Below are positions 13,788 through 25,991 of a stretch of DNA of 64,000 bases, piece after piece. The number at the start of each line of letters is the position of its first letter. Position 1 is the stretch's first letter. The DNA is from Pseudovirgaria hyperparasitica (taxonomy: Eukaryota), in the NCBI GenBank assembly GCA_010093815.1, contig ML996565.1; one strand, written 5' to 3'. A model generated the notes under the pieces. That model had not been told where the DNA came from. It worked only from the letters and a program-made list of their open reading frames with translations, and ran no database searches. Both the position numbers and the translations under genes were made by a program.

Positions 13788-15334
13788 TCACCTTGCTTCG
13801 AACTTCACTCTCACATCGCCTCTCAACCAGGGCGCTCCCCAGCCTCTCCAGTCCAAAGACGTCGTATCCTGTAACGCTCCCACGCCGCCCCAACGTATAT
13901 CTGATCTTCTCACAACCTCCGCAATCACAGCTGCACTCACTCTATGACACATCTCCCCGCCTGATCTATCGAACTCGCCCACAGGAAGGTAGTTAGCGAC
14001 TCTGTTCGTATTCAGTCTCTGCGGCAAGTCTACATCCTCGAGCCATCGTTCTGGATAGTATATTTGCGGTAGAAGCCATGTCGCGGGGTCGTGGTGTATG
14101 AGATATGGCGAGATCGCAACCCGAGCACCAGCGGGTATGTCTGGGAGGCTCGGGATTTCATTCCTTGGTGCGCCTGGATGGGAGGATAGAGAAGTGCGCT
14201 TCTGAGAAATGCGGACACAGGACGCTGAGCTGTAGTGGCGATGGGTCTCATTCAGGTAGGCAGACAGTACGGGTGATCGGAGTGGATCAGAGTGCTGGAG
14301 ATCGAGGCGAAGTGTATTGAGGCGGCGAGGTGACTTCAGTAGCTGTGCTTATTAGACGTGGACAGGCATGTTGATTTCATAGCTTACCTCCAGTAATGTC
14401 CAAGAAACCATTGATGTTGTGTTCTTATGTATAGAGATCCAAAGAACGATGAAATGCATTGTAAAGTGTCCTCTAAGGTGAGCCGTCGTTGGGTCCTGCA
14501 CCGTAAATGATAAGTAGTCCATGTCACCGCTCTTCACGTTCAGTCGCCGTTCTCGCTGTTCGAGCCTGTCTTGGAATATCTGATCTAGACGTAACTTTGC
14601 CTCGTGTCCATTGACGGAACTGTAGAGCCAATTCGGCCAGTATGAGCTCAAGCTGTCATTCGCTTCTTTTACTATAACAAGCATGAGATGATAAATTCTA
14701 TCGAGGTCATTCTCATAAAAGTCGGACCCCAGGATGGTTGCGACAATAATACGGTGGATCAGGTAAGACACAGAGCTAAAGAGCTGGATGTCAGATCGCT
14801 GGGACCAATGCCGAAGAGCAAGACTGGTCTCGCGGGCAGCGACAGTCCTGTGATATTTTTGCGCATCGGTTCGTGTAAGCCCTCTCAATGCTACATTGGC
14901 CCAGATGTGGAAATGTGAAAAGTATCCTGACGCTGCGACTCGGTGCAGATAGAGTCTCTACGTCAGTGTTAGAATTGGACATACTACAAGTCTTCAGCAC
15001 AACCCACTAATGAATCTCCGTACGACCAGACATCTTCGCCCATATAGAAAAACATCCGGACCAAGCTCTTGTTCGTCAACCAATACGTCGTGGAGAATAT
15101 CGTTCGTACTCTGAGTATGCCGCCATGTATTCTGGCTGATGCTTCCAGGAACGCTATTGGATCCTGCGCCCATTCCCTGTACAGTCTGATACCCAGCAAA
15201 CTAGATTTGACGGTCGGTACTTGAGCGCATCGGCCCAGTAAGAAACATCTCTGGTGGGTTATTAGAAAGAATCCCGCAAGCAGGGCAAGCCCCGTGACCA
15301 GCAAGAGGCCCTTCCAAAAGTCCAATGCCATCAT
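13788..15334 (-). CDS. Cytochrome P450-fold protein, CYP51-like, with atypical heme-binding motif (483 aa)
   Basis: Exons 15334-15008, 14957-14388 and 14342-13788 splice in frame via GT-AG introns. N-terminal TM anchor, DPIAFL, ExxR (ETHR), SPYLIHHDP and PERW are present. The heme region reads YLPVGEFDRSGGEMC. Confidence 0.85.
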
Positions 15335-17250
15335 ATTTCCGACCAAAAGTTGAATGTTTACCTATGATAGTAGTATCCATTCGCCAGAGTCAATGCCAAT
15401 TCTCAGGTTTCTATCGTGAGCAATAAAGTAGATATTCCAACAAGGAGGCGAATCGATGTACTCCATAGCTTCGATAGATGCTTCTCCACATCTTGGGCCG
15501 TCAGGCATATCGTTTCCTTTCTTGACGACCGTGACAGTCAATATAGAAACCTGTCACACGTACGACTGAGTGTCTAGCCTGAGGAACACATCTCTTTCGC
15601 CACCAAGGCCAGCCATTCATTGTAAGTGCAAAGTCGGAGTGTTAATTTACTCTCCGCACCGACGCGGCAACACCTTTGCACATCAGTCCTGCCGCGCGGA
15701 AAAGTGGACAACGAATGTGTGGCTTAGTATATAGGATGAGAAATCCTCTAAATACATTGAGGCGGGTAACTTCTAGACCTGGTGTCGTGTGATTGATCCG
15801 CTATGTAGGAGCAAGTTGGATGCAATCAAGCCGTGTACGCTGCGTCGGGATGCGAATCATGTGCTCCCCAATCTGTTGATCTCGAGGCTGTGTCAGTGAC
15901 AGGTTTCATATGGCACCGTGAGCTCGCATGCGTAGTAAACATGCTATTTGCGTTCAGGTCTTCATGCAATTGTTGTGATTTGCAGTTGTTGTGATTAGAG
16001 GTCGCTGTGATCCGTTGATCGATGTGGCTTTGCTCTGTTTATTTTAGCTAACCAAGCTAGAGACCGACAGACCAATCACAGCGCCTTTTCAGAATATCCC
16101 GCTCGATACTGGGACTTTGATCTCAACCTGCTGACGCGAAGGATGATGCTCACTATTGCTTAAGTCAATAGTCACCTTATTAGCTTTTTCTTGTTGTGAG
16201 AATTTGACAGGATCGCCACTTGGTCCAAAGTCCGGGCCACTGAGACTCTTAAAATGTCTAGAAGCATATATCCACCTCCGTATCGCAAAGGTGCCTCAGT
16301 AAAACAAGTTCTAGTGAGACATTATCTATCGGAAAGGTCATTATCGTATCCGACAGAAAGACTGGAGTGATCGTCTGTATATCAAATATGGTACGGACCT
16401 TGTGTAGTAATTGTTTGGTAGTTTCTAAGCGTGTACTCACAGTCAATTCACTATTTCACTGTTGATCGTGATCTGTCTTATGACGACGCTGACTATACCA
16501 TGAGCATATCGTTGTGTGCTCTGTCATGTTACAGTCTTAGTCTGGATATCCCTTGCATGCCTCCACATAGCTGCCCCAGTCATACACTTGACGGGAGATG
16601 CAAGGTCTGGTGATCGGCCTCGCATCTAGACGTTAGCAAGATTCTTCAACGATCAGACCAGAAGTCTTATACAGGGCCATTGCATACAAATCTCTATCAG
16701 TGAAACTCTTGCCCAGTACAGAGTGTACGTACAAGTTTTGCCTGCGATGCTTAAATTGTGCCATGCTTGAAGATACAGTTCGACAATTTTCCTGGCTTCC
16801 ATGGGGACGATTTGTTTGAGGAGCAGGTTATTCTATAGCATTAAAGGCCGTTAGCAGACGCTGGTAATCTATTAATACGATAAGACAAAATTTGTATCTG
16901 CGCAGGGCAGTGTCTCAATCATTCCCAGACCATTCCAAATGCAGAGATGATTAATTCGTAATGTTTCCAGAAAGCTAGCTACATCTCTCTTGGCTAATGT
17001 CCGCTTTTGCAAGGAAGGAAAAAAATGCCTGAACGCCGGAAGTGGTATCGAGGAACGCCAAAAGATTACTCGCGACCGACTTTCAGATCAATCGGGGAGT
17101 ACAACGCAATAAGGGTAATCGCGATGGTGAAATACTTGTATTTACACAATGAGTGACAGCCACACAGTCCAAGAATTGCTTGCATGATGGCCATGGACCA
17201 AGATGGAGTACGTGTAAATGGTAGCCCAGCGGTTAATGACGACAAGTCCC

Positions 17251-18528
17251 CTAGAAAATGCCTTCCTCGAATCCCTCATCGTCATAGCTCATATGCTCGT
17301 CTCTATGACCATAACTACTCTTGAGTGCATTCTGACCTTCTCGAATCAAGTCTGCTAGACGCATGCTCATGTTGCGCATGCTTTCGTCTGCGAGTTCTTC
17401 ATCCTGTCTGATCTTTTCTGCAATCTCTTGCACTTCTGGTGAAAGTGGAGACCTACGCTCGTCCTCGTGACTCGGAAGGTTTGTGGGCGTGTATGGTCTG
17501 TCATGGTATGGCGCAAATGGATTGGTGGGATTATACGATCGAGGGCGGGTCGCAGGACTTGACTCGAAGTAAGAAGATTGTCTAGAAGCAGGACGAAGAC
17601 TAGGCGACTGTGTTGAGCCGACCAGGGATGAACGGCGAGAAATAGGTATCAATGAGCGTCGCGGAAAATAACGATTTGGCGTATATTTGGGGGATGGAAG
17701 AGAAGGTCGGGGAATGTAGGACTGCGAAGGTATTTTGCGGTCCGAGAGACGAGGACTGTTACAAGCTGACGCAGGTTCACAATCACCCATTCCACGAGAG
17801 GGGACCACCATCCAGCTAGTACCACTGTCCACATGGACGCGTTTCGATGGGCGAGGGGGAGTCGATTCCGATGTTGCAAAAGGGTCATCAACAGGGAACT
17901 GCCCAGGAATCGGGGTCATTCTATTGCCATAGAACGCCTCATGCGTGGGAGGCTGTGACACTTCTTCCCACATACTCGATGCTTGCTGTAAGCTTTCGAA
18001 ACTCTCTGGATTCACAGGGACTGCCTGGCCTCCGCCAGCAGCAAACCCACGAAACGGTACAGAGGAGCAGAAATTCCACATGCGACCCGCCAGGCTCCCG
18101 GCGATGTTGAAGACAAATTTACCCCAGCCGCTGTGAGGCGTGCTGACCCTATCTTGGTTTGCCATATTCCAGCAACGTCTGAAGTCAGTGTCGTGATCCT
18201 CCTCGTCCTCAAGGTCTTGATTGGGTGATTCTAAACCATCTTTGAGGATATATTGGGTGTTGGCGAATGGTTGCGGACTCATAGCATCGCTTCTTGCGAT
18301 CGAGGCAGCCGAGCTAATATGTGACCAGTTGTTTGCGTTCGTTGACCATGGTGTGTTTTGAATGGGTGAAGCACTGGGCCGGGTGCGTTTTCGGCTACGA
18401 TTCGGCGGTGTCGAGCTATCTGAGCTTTGTACTAGAGGAGTGCGTGGAGGTGGACAGTACGCTTTGGCTCGTTTCTCTAGAGGTGCCTGAGACGGCTTAC
18501 GCCTTTGTATCGAAGTTGAGACAGTCAT
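17251..18528 (-). CDS. Hypothetical protein, Ser/Pro/Arg-rich with C-terminal coiled coil
   Basis: 425-aa intronless ORF containing FRGFAAGGG and a C-terminal DESMRNMSMRLADLIREGQNALKS segment resembling conserved fungal hypothetical proteins. Confidence 0.8.
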   Translation of the reverse strand: MTVSTSIQRRKPSQAPLEKRAKAYCPPPRTPLVQSSDSSTPPNRSRKRTRPSASPIQNTPWSTNANNWSHISSAASIARSDAMSPQPFANTQYILKDGLESPNQDLEDEEDHDTDFRRCWNMANQDRVSTPHSGWGKFVFNIAGSLAGRMWNFCSSVPFRGFAAGGGQAVPVNPESFESLQQASSMWEEVSQPPTHEAFYGNRMTPIPGQFPVDDPFATSESTPPRPSKRVHVDSGTSWMVVPSRGMGDCEPASACNSPRLSDRKIPSQSYIPRPSLPSPKYTPNRYFPRRSLIPISRRSSLVGSTQSPSLRPASRQSSYFESSPATRPRSYNPTNPFAPYHDRPYTPTNLPSHEDERRSPLSPEVQEIAEKIRQDEELADESMRNMSMRLADLIREGQNALKSSYGHRDEHMSYDDEGFEEGIF

Positions 18529-20052
18529 GCTGAGTAGAAGTTGCGAATCGCTGAAGCGTGCTCGTGACGCTGTTCGCTGAGACAGGTCCGCAACAGCAGA
18601 CGACTTTGAGTTCGTAGACTCAAAGACACATGTCGGTAGAGGGCACTACGCATCAGCTCTCGAAGCTGCTGCTCCTTCGCTGGCTTGTCTAGCTGCGTTG
18701 GGTTGGGCAGTGTGAAGTTGAGGGAGCGGTGAAGTAGGCGGTGGGGTTTGTTGTCTCGCCCCACTTCCAAAACATGGGTGGCGCGTGCGCGTTTCCCAAG
18801 GCAGCGGCAAATTATGGATTTAAGCCTGAGGCAACAACAGGCCCTCACTTTTCACACGCCACCCACAGTCCCGCTTCATCTCTTCACCATTCACGAGAAC
18901 TACCACACAAGTATAAATGACATTTGTGGCGACGACATCTGAGACTACGAATCCGCCCGACATGTTACCGAAGTCTTCCGACTTATGATATGCCTATGCC
19001 ATCATATTCAGTTCTCCTCGTCTTGGTGTCGAGAAAGGACCGATCTTGATCATGGTCAAATGACCAAACTTCTAGCTGTCACGTCGCTGGTCGGGAGGGA
19101 TATAACGACTCGATGGCAATAACTAGGGCCGAGCGGTATCCGGCTCTCACCTACCCTGTATAGCGTTTTCCGGGTCTGCCCACTGTTATACTAACATTTC
19201 GAACCGAGCATAACGAGGAGAGTGGTCGGGGATTTACGACCTCTACTCCTAGCTAATCCATCTCAGCAAGGTATTCGGAAGCCGCCTATTAGGACTTTAA
19301 GGAAATCTTCTCCTCACGGTTTTCCTCGTCACTTAATCCCACTCTTTGCTTGAACTCCCACATCTTTGCTTCGAATATTTTCCCACCCTGTCTTCAAGCA
19401 ACATCCTTTTCCAATGAGCTTCTTGTGTCACTTCTCAATGTCCGTCAGACGGTTGACCGTATTAGAGTGGTCTATCAATCCATGCTTCTGCGCCAGCTCA
19501 GGGCGGCAAATCGATCTGATGCACTAGCATATGGCAAATATGTCGTTGCGGAGGATACCACTTATGGCCTCTGGCAGTCGGCTCAAACGCATAGCTTCAT
19601 GGCTATGCATATCCATAGTGAAAAATGGCTCGAGAGCCGTGGAGGATAGATTAAACCGATGCAGCGCTTTAACACTAGCTATAACCTATGTCTTATACTG
19701 TAGCACATGGCTGTTTAGTTCTATTGCCATCTTGTAGATTGTCGGGTAATTTTGGTAGCTAAGGTGATTAATCGCGTCGCAGTAGGGCTATTTGGACTTC
19801 TCTCCCCTCTTCGTCATTCTACAATCAGGCTGTTCCATTGTGGTGTTCCGATTTACACATGTGGAAAGCTGGTACGGTTGAGCACTTAGCGTGATATAAT
19901 GGTCTGATATGATTATCGTCTGCCGCGCTTCTTAACCGACAATGAGTACCGCGGGGTTGACTAGGATTCGATACCGGGCAAGGTAAGTATAAACAATCCT
20001 CAATTCACAACTGTGATGAAAGTAGTCCTACATATCCATTCTACGATCAGAC

Positions 20053-20681
20053 ATGCAGTTCCTCACCGGCATACTCCTACTCTCAGCAGGACTCGTCACT
20101 GGTTCTTTATCCTCAAACACCACCACCCAATCTCCACCATCCCTCACATTTCTCTACACTGCCTACGTCGACTGCTTGCCCAATATCTATACCAGCTATG
20201 GTCCCTTTGGTAATCGCACCACGATCCCCATCGTTGGTGGCAACTTCACCGGCCCCCGTATGAGCGGCCGGATCCTCGACGTTGGCGCCGACTGGGGACT
20301 TACAGATGTCCAGACTGGGATTTTTAGTGCAGATACGAGGTACAACCTGCAGACTGATGATGGTGCAAATATCTTCATTAGAACGAGTGGTCCGAGTCAG
20401 CCGAGCGGGGGTTTGCAACTGAGAATCTTGTTTGAGACGGGCGATGCAAGGTATTATTGGTTGAACAATGTCATTGGTAGGCTGTGATAGATCCGAGTGA
20501 GACGAGGTAACTTTTTAATATGAGTTTCTAGCTGTTGGTGTGTTGAGTCCGGTTTCGACGACGGATGATGGTTTTACGTTGAGGATTGATGCTTGGCATG
20601 TATGATTGAGTGCACTCCGTTCACACTTACCAGTGCTGACATTAACAGCTGGACTCGGAACTTGCCGCCCCTAGATCATAA
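20053..20681 (+). CDS. Secreted DUF3237 (UPF0311) beta-barrel protein
   Basis: Signal peptide, then IPIVGGNFTGPRMSGRILDVGADW...DTRYNLQTDDGANIFI...FETGDARYYWLN. Two introns (20477-20530, 20599-20648) add AVGVLSP...IDAWHLDSELAAPRS*. Confidence 0.85.
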
Positions 20682-21282
20682 GACACGTCTCTAGTCTAGC
20701 TATTTATCGAAGTAGAGAGTCGTGAGGTAACTGTGTAAAGGTTGGCTCATTGTTTCATAAACAATAATGCATTCTTTGATGATCCCACTGAGGCCTTATC
20801 AGTCGAAGGCACTCGCCGCTTTTGTGCAATCGACCATACCGACCAAGGTAAGTACTCTCCGCGGGGTGTTTACGCTCTTGACACATATCTATTCTCGATC
20901 GAATTCATGCAGTACTAAAACATCCAATTGATAAAGATTGGTAGACGCAAAGAAACGTGCAGTGTTACAATATCATAAGCCTCTATCAATACGTCTTGGG
21001 GCTTATACCGCCCAATTTAATGATTTGATCATGTAAGACCAAGAATGGGACAAGAGAACCAGATGTTCTTCTATTTATCTTTTTGGATATACGTGTCTCA
21101 AAGCATGGCCTTGCTATGGTACAAGTCTCGGTCGTTACTCTGGTAAATCAATAAGATATTTCCAATGTTGCGTCGTGCATTGGTGCAAAGACTCCCACTA
21201 TATATGAGAGCCCATTACTAGGTCATATATTTTACGTCCATCTTTCGTCTGAAATTTTCAGGCCCTTGTAACTCGTCAGCGC

Positions 21283-21836
21283 CTAGACCTCCTTTTTGTG
21301 ATATTGACCACATATATAGCCCGCAACCATGCAGCTGAATACTAATTGCACCCCGAGCTGTGAGCTGATAATAGTCCGCCTCCATCCATCATTATTTCCG
21401 GCATACCATAATGTCCAGCCCAGGAGAAACTTTGCGATGGCAATGTCCATCAATACTAATGGGGACCATGCCACCGCCAATGCCAACTGTGTTGCAGTCT
21501 CATACCCTCAAATAAGAACTGTAACATGGTAGCTAGGACAACAGATATGACAGAACTCAGAGCTGCACTTGTAAGTAGCCCTTCTGAGGCTCGTATCAGT
21601 TTCGACCTGTTTGGACGATGATACTCGTCGAAAGTCAACACTGTAAGAGACAAGCCGGCCATCAATGCGTTGGCAGCATTCATTGTTGTATATGTTCGCC
21701 GTAGCCTCTCAAAGATAATGAATGATTTGAAGCCGACCAGCTGGCCCCCTGCGTCTGATTTAGTACACACCACAAGGCTAGAGGAAAGATGAAGGATTTT
21801 ACATTTGGAACGAGACGCAGGGTATGCACTCTCCAT
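21283..21836 (-). pseudogene. Small multi-TM membrane protein gene with apparent 1-nt frameshift
   Basis: Hydrophobic ORF 21456..21836 (…ANALMAGLSLTVLTF…LATMLQFLFEG) continues in another frame as YETATQLALAVAWSPLVLMD… (ORF 21283..21486). The break is near 21505 with no usable intron. Confidence 0.5.
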
Positions 21837-22668
21837 GATGTCCTATTGCATGTTCCGCGAGATCATGCACATGATATCTCGTGGCACGTTCGATATTGTG
21901 CGATTGTGCTTTTCAAATCTCTTTGAGTGACTCCAGTGACAGGCAGGTTGCACTACGTGAAATAATGTACATGGATACGGCGCACTCTGAAGCTTATCAG
22001 ACTTATTAGACTGCTCTAAGCGCTGGGCAGATACATCGTGCAGGCGGCTATCCTAGCAACGATTAGACCGTTGCAGCTTGCTTGTTCATGCGCGCGATCG
22101 CTCAATTCAGGAGTAATGATTGGCGTAGCATCGCCGGGCGGCAAGGAGTGATCTTAGTGGATATAGATTGCAGGATCAGATATATACGCAAGCAGATGCC
22201 CCCTTGGCCCAATACTAACCACATCTATACCCTATCTCGACAGTAAAAAAGCTACATTCCTCGAGTGTATCTCTGAATACTCTTCAAGTATATCCACTTG
22301 TACGGCTTCTCCGTCAGGCGTTCCTGAGACTACTCTGGACCGGCGAATACCGAGATCATGCTGCTTAGCAGAGATGACTTTGGGTCTTTAGGGAGAGTTT
22401 GTTATAAACATTTGATCAAGGGGCACACGGGTAGATGGACCACATGTGAAACACCGTACTGCTTTTCTTAACAACATCATTATTGCTAGTCAATTCTCTC
22501 TGGCGATCTTGACTAATTATTTTGCAGTCCCTCGTAATCCTATGACACTGATAGCTCTTGGACGGCAGCCTGCTCTACCACCGCGTCTGAGGCTAAGTCT
22601 ACATTCGTAGCCATACGGAGCTGTTGGTATTGATGGGCTGAAGTGTGTACCGAGTGGCGTACTCTCAT

Positions 22669-23307
22669 CTAACTGGAGCGCGAAGATTGAGGGTGTGAGG
22701 TAGACACATCAATCTTATCATTCATATGTACACAATCATATAGGTATTTGACCGTCTCCGAGTCAATTCCTCCTGTAAGTTGGATGGCATGATCCTCTAG
22801 CGTGGTGTAAGACAAGTCCTTCCCATCCCCATCAATGATCGCAAGGACATGCCCTTACCTAACATCAACAACACCTCGGATCAGAAACTCATTCTCGTGG
22901 CAGAATCTGTTCCCCAAAAATCGGGAGCCATTCGCCGCGTATCCCAAATTCATGCTGATCTCAAAAGCACTGAAGATGTCGCGGACTTTCCGACCGTCGA
23001 CGACAACGATGCGGACATGTTCTTTTCCTTGCTTTAGAAAGTTTTCTCGGATCATTAGAGCGTCGCGCCACTGGCTGGTGAATGTCATGAATGGGGATTT
23101 GGACTCGTTGCCCACTCGGTCTTTGACTTGTACGCGCAGATGCAAGTCTGCGTATACTTCTAGTGGTCGAGTTTTCCAGGCGCCTCGTGCAACAAGTTGA
23201 TCGTTAGGTAAGCCTGATTGATTGCCCTCGGTGGGAACACCGTATATGACGCGGTATAGGAGAGCAGGGCGCTCGGCATTGGGCGAGAGTTCGGTCGTGT
23301 ATGACAT
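22669..23307 (-). pseudogene. ADP-ribosyltransferase-fold (DUF7587-like) gene copy 1, in-frame stop at 22855-22857
   Basis: From ATG 23307: LLYRV…KSPFMTFTSQW…CHENEFLIRG. After TAA the same frame continues GHVLAIIDGDG, matching SDAILGVFHDD of the neighbouring paralog, until TAG at 22669. Confidence 0.55.
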
Positions 23308-23878
23308 GACTTTCGCATTCTGTGACTCTGGCACAGAGATTGCGATCCTCAAGGAGCTGCGTTTGATGAACGAGGTCCTTCAAGTGATCAGTGGGTCTAC
23401 AATGTCTGATATTAAAGGCTTGTCTTTCACTGCTAGAATAGCGCACCCATTGCATTAGTAAATTGTGGTGCCTTGTGCATGAAAGGCGTAAAGAGTGAAG
23501 AGGTCAGACTCTCGACATCTAGGATCTCAAGGACCACTTGACCTCCTTTAATTAACAGGATCGCGATCGGCATAAGGGCAGAAAAACAGGCTTTAACAGT
23601 GAAGCAAAAGTATCCTTTGTTACATTAGGAGATGAGTTGAAACAATGTTTACATGGTGTTCCTCCCACTGTTTCGATCTTCCAGAGGATGCATGAACGAG
23701 GTTCTGCAGTCCCTTATATGCCCATAGGCATGCAATCGATAAGATCGGTCTACGGCCTCCTTCGAGATAATGGTCTGCTGACAGGCGCACCTGGGAGTGG
23801 TGTGACTTCTACAGATGAATACAGATATCTGTTCGCCACATCTTCATAACACGCGACAGTACCGTGCCAATCGAGCCG

Positions 23879-24697
23879 CTACAAGGCGGAAGCAACAGCG
23901 AGAGGACGCACGCTCTGAATTCCAAGCCGAGAGAGCTTAGACGTAAGTTCATCGACTGCAGATTCGCTCCCTTGTGCTGCCTCTGAGCGCTCGGTACACT
24001 CGAGATGCCGCCCGCGAAAGCATCTGTCCAACAACATCAATAGCTCGCCGACATCCAGTAGCTTTGACCACTCTTCAACTTCTGTTTGATCAAGCTCCAT
24101 CGCCGTAAAGAGTGGTAAAAGCATAGGGTAACGGAATTCGCCGGTACAAGTCAGAACTTCGCGAGACACCTCGTCACACGAGAACGGTCTGTCATCATGG
24201 AAGACTCCAAGTATTGCATCACTGCCAGTAGGAACACCGTCAAGGATTAGATATTCGCGTCTGTGATTGATCGGATTGCCGTCCTTCCAAGACCTCCTCC
24301 AATAGTACTTTAGATGCTTGGCATACTTGGAGGCATTGTATACATTGGTCAAGCCTTTCGTTTGGATTGCAATAATTCGTACGTTTTTCTTCCCTTGCCT
24401 TGCGTAGAGTTTCCGGAATCTCTGGGCCTTGGACCAATCGCTTGTGAATGACACAAAAGGAGATCTCCATGGTTTGCCGTAATAATACTTGCGCCATCGA
24501 AGATGAAGATCCACGTCTTTCGTAGTCGGTGTTGTCCTTTCGGAGAACGGCAGGAGGATTCCCATTTCACCTAAAGCAGAAACTGCGCCGAGACTCCGAG
24601 CCGATGCGGCATCTTCATCACGATCATAGACGGTGCGAAATAGGACTTTAGGGACGTTTTGCATAGGCCCTAGAGGGCCTTCAGCAGGTATGTTCAT
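23879..24697 (-). CDS. ADP-ribosyltransferase-fold (DUF7587-like) protein copy 2
   Basis: 272-aa ORF with VLFRTVYDR…RSPFVSFTSDW…NHRREYLILDGVP, an R / S-x-T / E arrangement. Clearly paralogous to the 22.7-23.3 kb gene. Confidence 0.7.
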   Translation of the reverse strand: MNIPAEGPLGPMQNVPKVLFRTVYDRDEDAASARSLGAVSALGEMGILLPFSERTTPTTKDVDLHLRWRKYYYGKPWRSPFVSFTSDWSKAQRFRKLYARQGKKNVRIIAIQTKGLTNVYNASKYAKHLKYYWRRSWKDGNPINHRREYLILDGVPTGSDAILGVFHDDRPFSCDEVSREVLTCTGEFRYPMLLPLFTAMELDQTEVEEWSKLLDVGELLMLLDRCFRGRHLECTERSEAAQGSESAVDELTSKLSRLGIQSVRPLAVASAL

Positions 24698-24839
24698 AAT
24701 GAGAAAGTACAGCCTTCGAAAGGGTCGACGAGAAAATTGGGGGGCGGATTGGGGAGATTTTTAAAGAAGCACGGTCACTGTTTGACACCATTATCGTGCT
24801 TCCGCTCGTTTCTGGCATGATCCCCGAAGCGTTCTCGGT

Positions 24840-25260
24840 CTAGATCAGCTAACTATATAGTCATCTCCCATATTCTCTAGGTAGAGCTTATATATACGTA
24901 TATGTCTATATATAACTATATGAGAGTACAATTATAAGCTTTCTTTGATTATATGGATCTGTATCAAAGACATAGAGCGAGAAAAAAAAGAAGTATCGCA
25001 TAAGCAAAAAAGAAGAGATTCCGAAACACGGCCCGTGCGAGAAAAGAAACATAACTACTTTTTATAATTAACCCCTTACTTGAGAACCCTATGGAAAGAA
25101 ACCAAGTCTTAGTTTTGAACTAAAAACACGTGTAGAGATCAAGAAAGAGAAAAAAATATAAGCATCAGTGGTAATAGACTTTAAATACCAAACTGATTTT
25201 CTGGAAAACCTCTAGGTCTAGGACTCTGGATCAAGTTTAGACGACCCGCAGTTACCTAAC
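24840..25260. other. AT/TpA-rich tract, probable RIP-degraded relic
   Basis: Runs such as tatatatacgtatatgtctatatataactatat and poly-A stretches, with no ORF. Confidence 0.4.
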
Positions 25261-25991
25261 GATCACAAGAGTGAGCTAGCTAGTCACGTTTCGGTGTTAG
25301 CAGCGAAGTATATACGTACACAACGTGCCTTGACCCAACACAAGAAACAAGGTGTGGGCACCAAGATTATGGATCTTTCCATCATACCGATGGTCAATAT
25401 GGACTGCGAAATGGCATTTCGGATCTTACGCCAATAATATTTTGGCTCGTCCAAGAGTTTACCACAGGACTGACTGCGAGCTGGGTCCGAAGATCGCATA
25501 CTTTCGAGCGACGCAAGATATTTTTCGGGATGCTCCATTTCCTAGCGGTCGGTAGAAGAATAGAAGGAGTTATTGCGACAAGTAGTAGGAGGCTTCACGG
25601 GTCATTTGCTGGATTCTATGATATGACGCTCTTGTCACGTCGGCAAGTGATAGGGCTCGCCGTGTTGTTCGGCATATATGAGGAAGGTGTAGATAATCAA
25701 ACCTCGCCATACAGATATGCCGATGTCAAGAACTGCATTCAGTATACCGCCGTTCGATGACGACCAGAGAAGAATGTCATTACATTGTACCGGTTTGCTG
25801 GAGACATGCAGAAAACATCTTTCGATCTTTAGGGGTTGGAGATGGATGTCCGAGGGCAAAACATATTGTAAATTAATTAGTATTCAATTGCATGACTGTG
25901 ACATATTAATCAGTTAGAGTCGTTTGCTCATCCCTCGCATGCTCCTCCGAGTAAGAGATACTCCCAAGGCGTTGCCGTCATGAATCGCTAA

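Noticed and set aside
19940..19980. GGATTCGATACC resembling a tRNA T-loop
   Set aside because: The flanks do not pair into a T-stem and no cloverleaf forms.
25284..25917. Cluster of short overlapping ORFs next to the AT-rich tract
   Set aside because: No recognisable motif or consistent frame.
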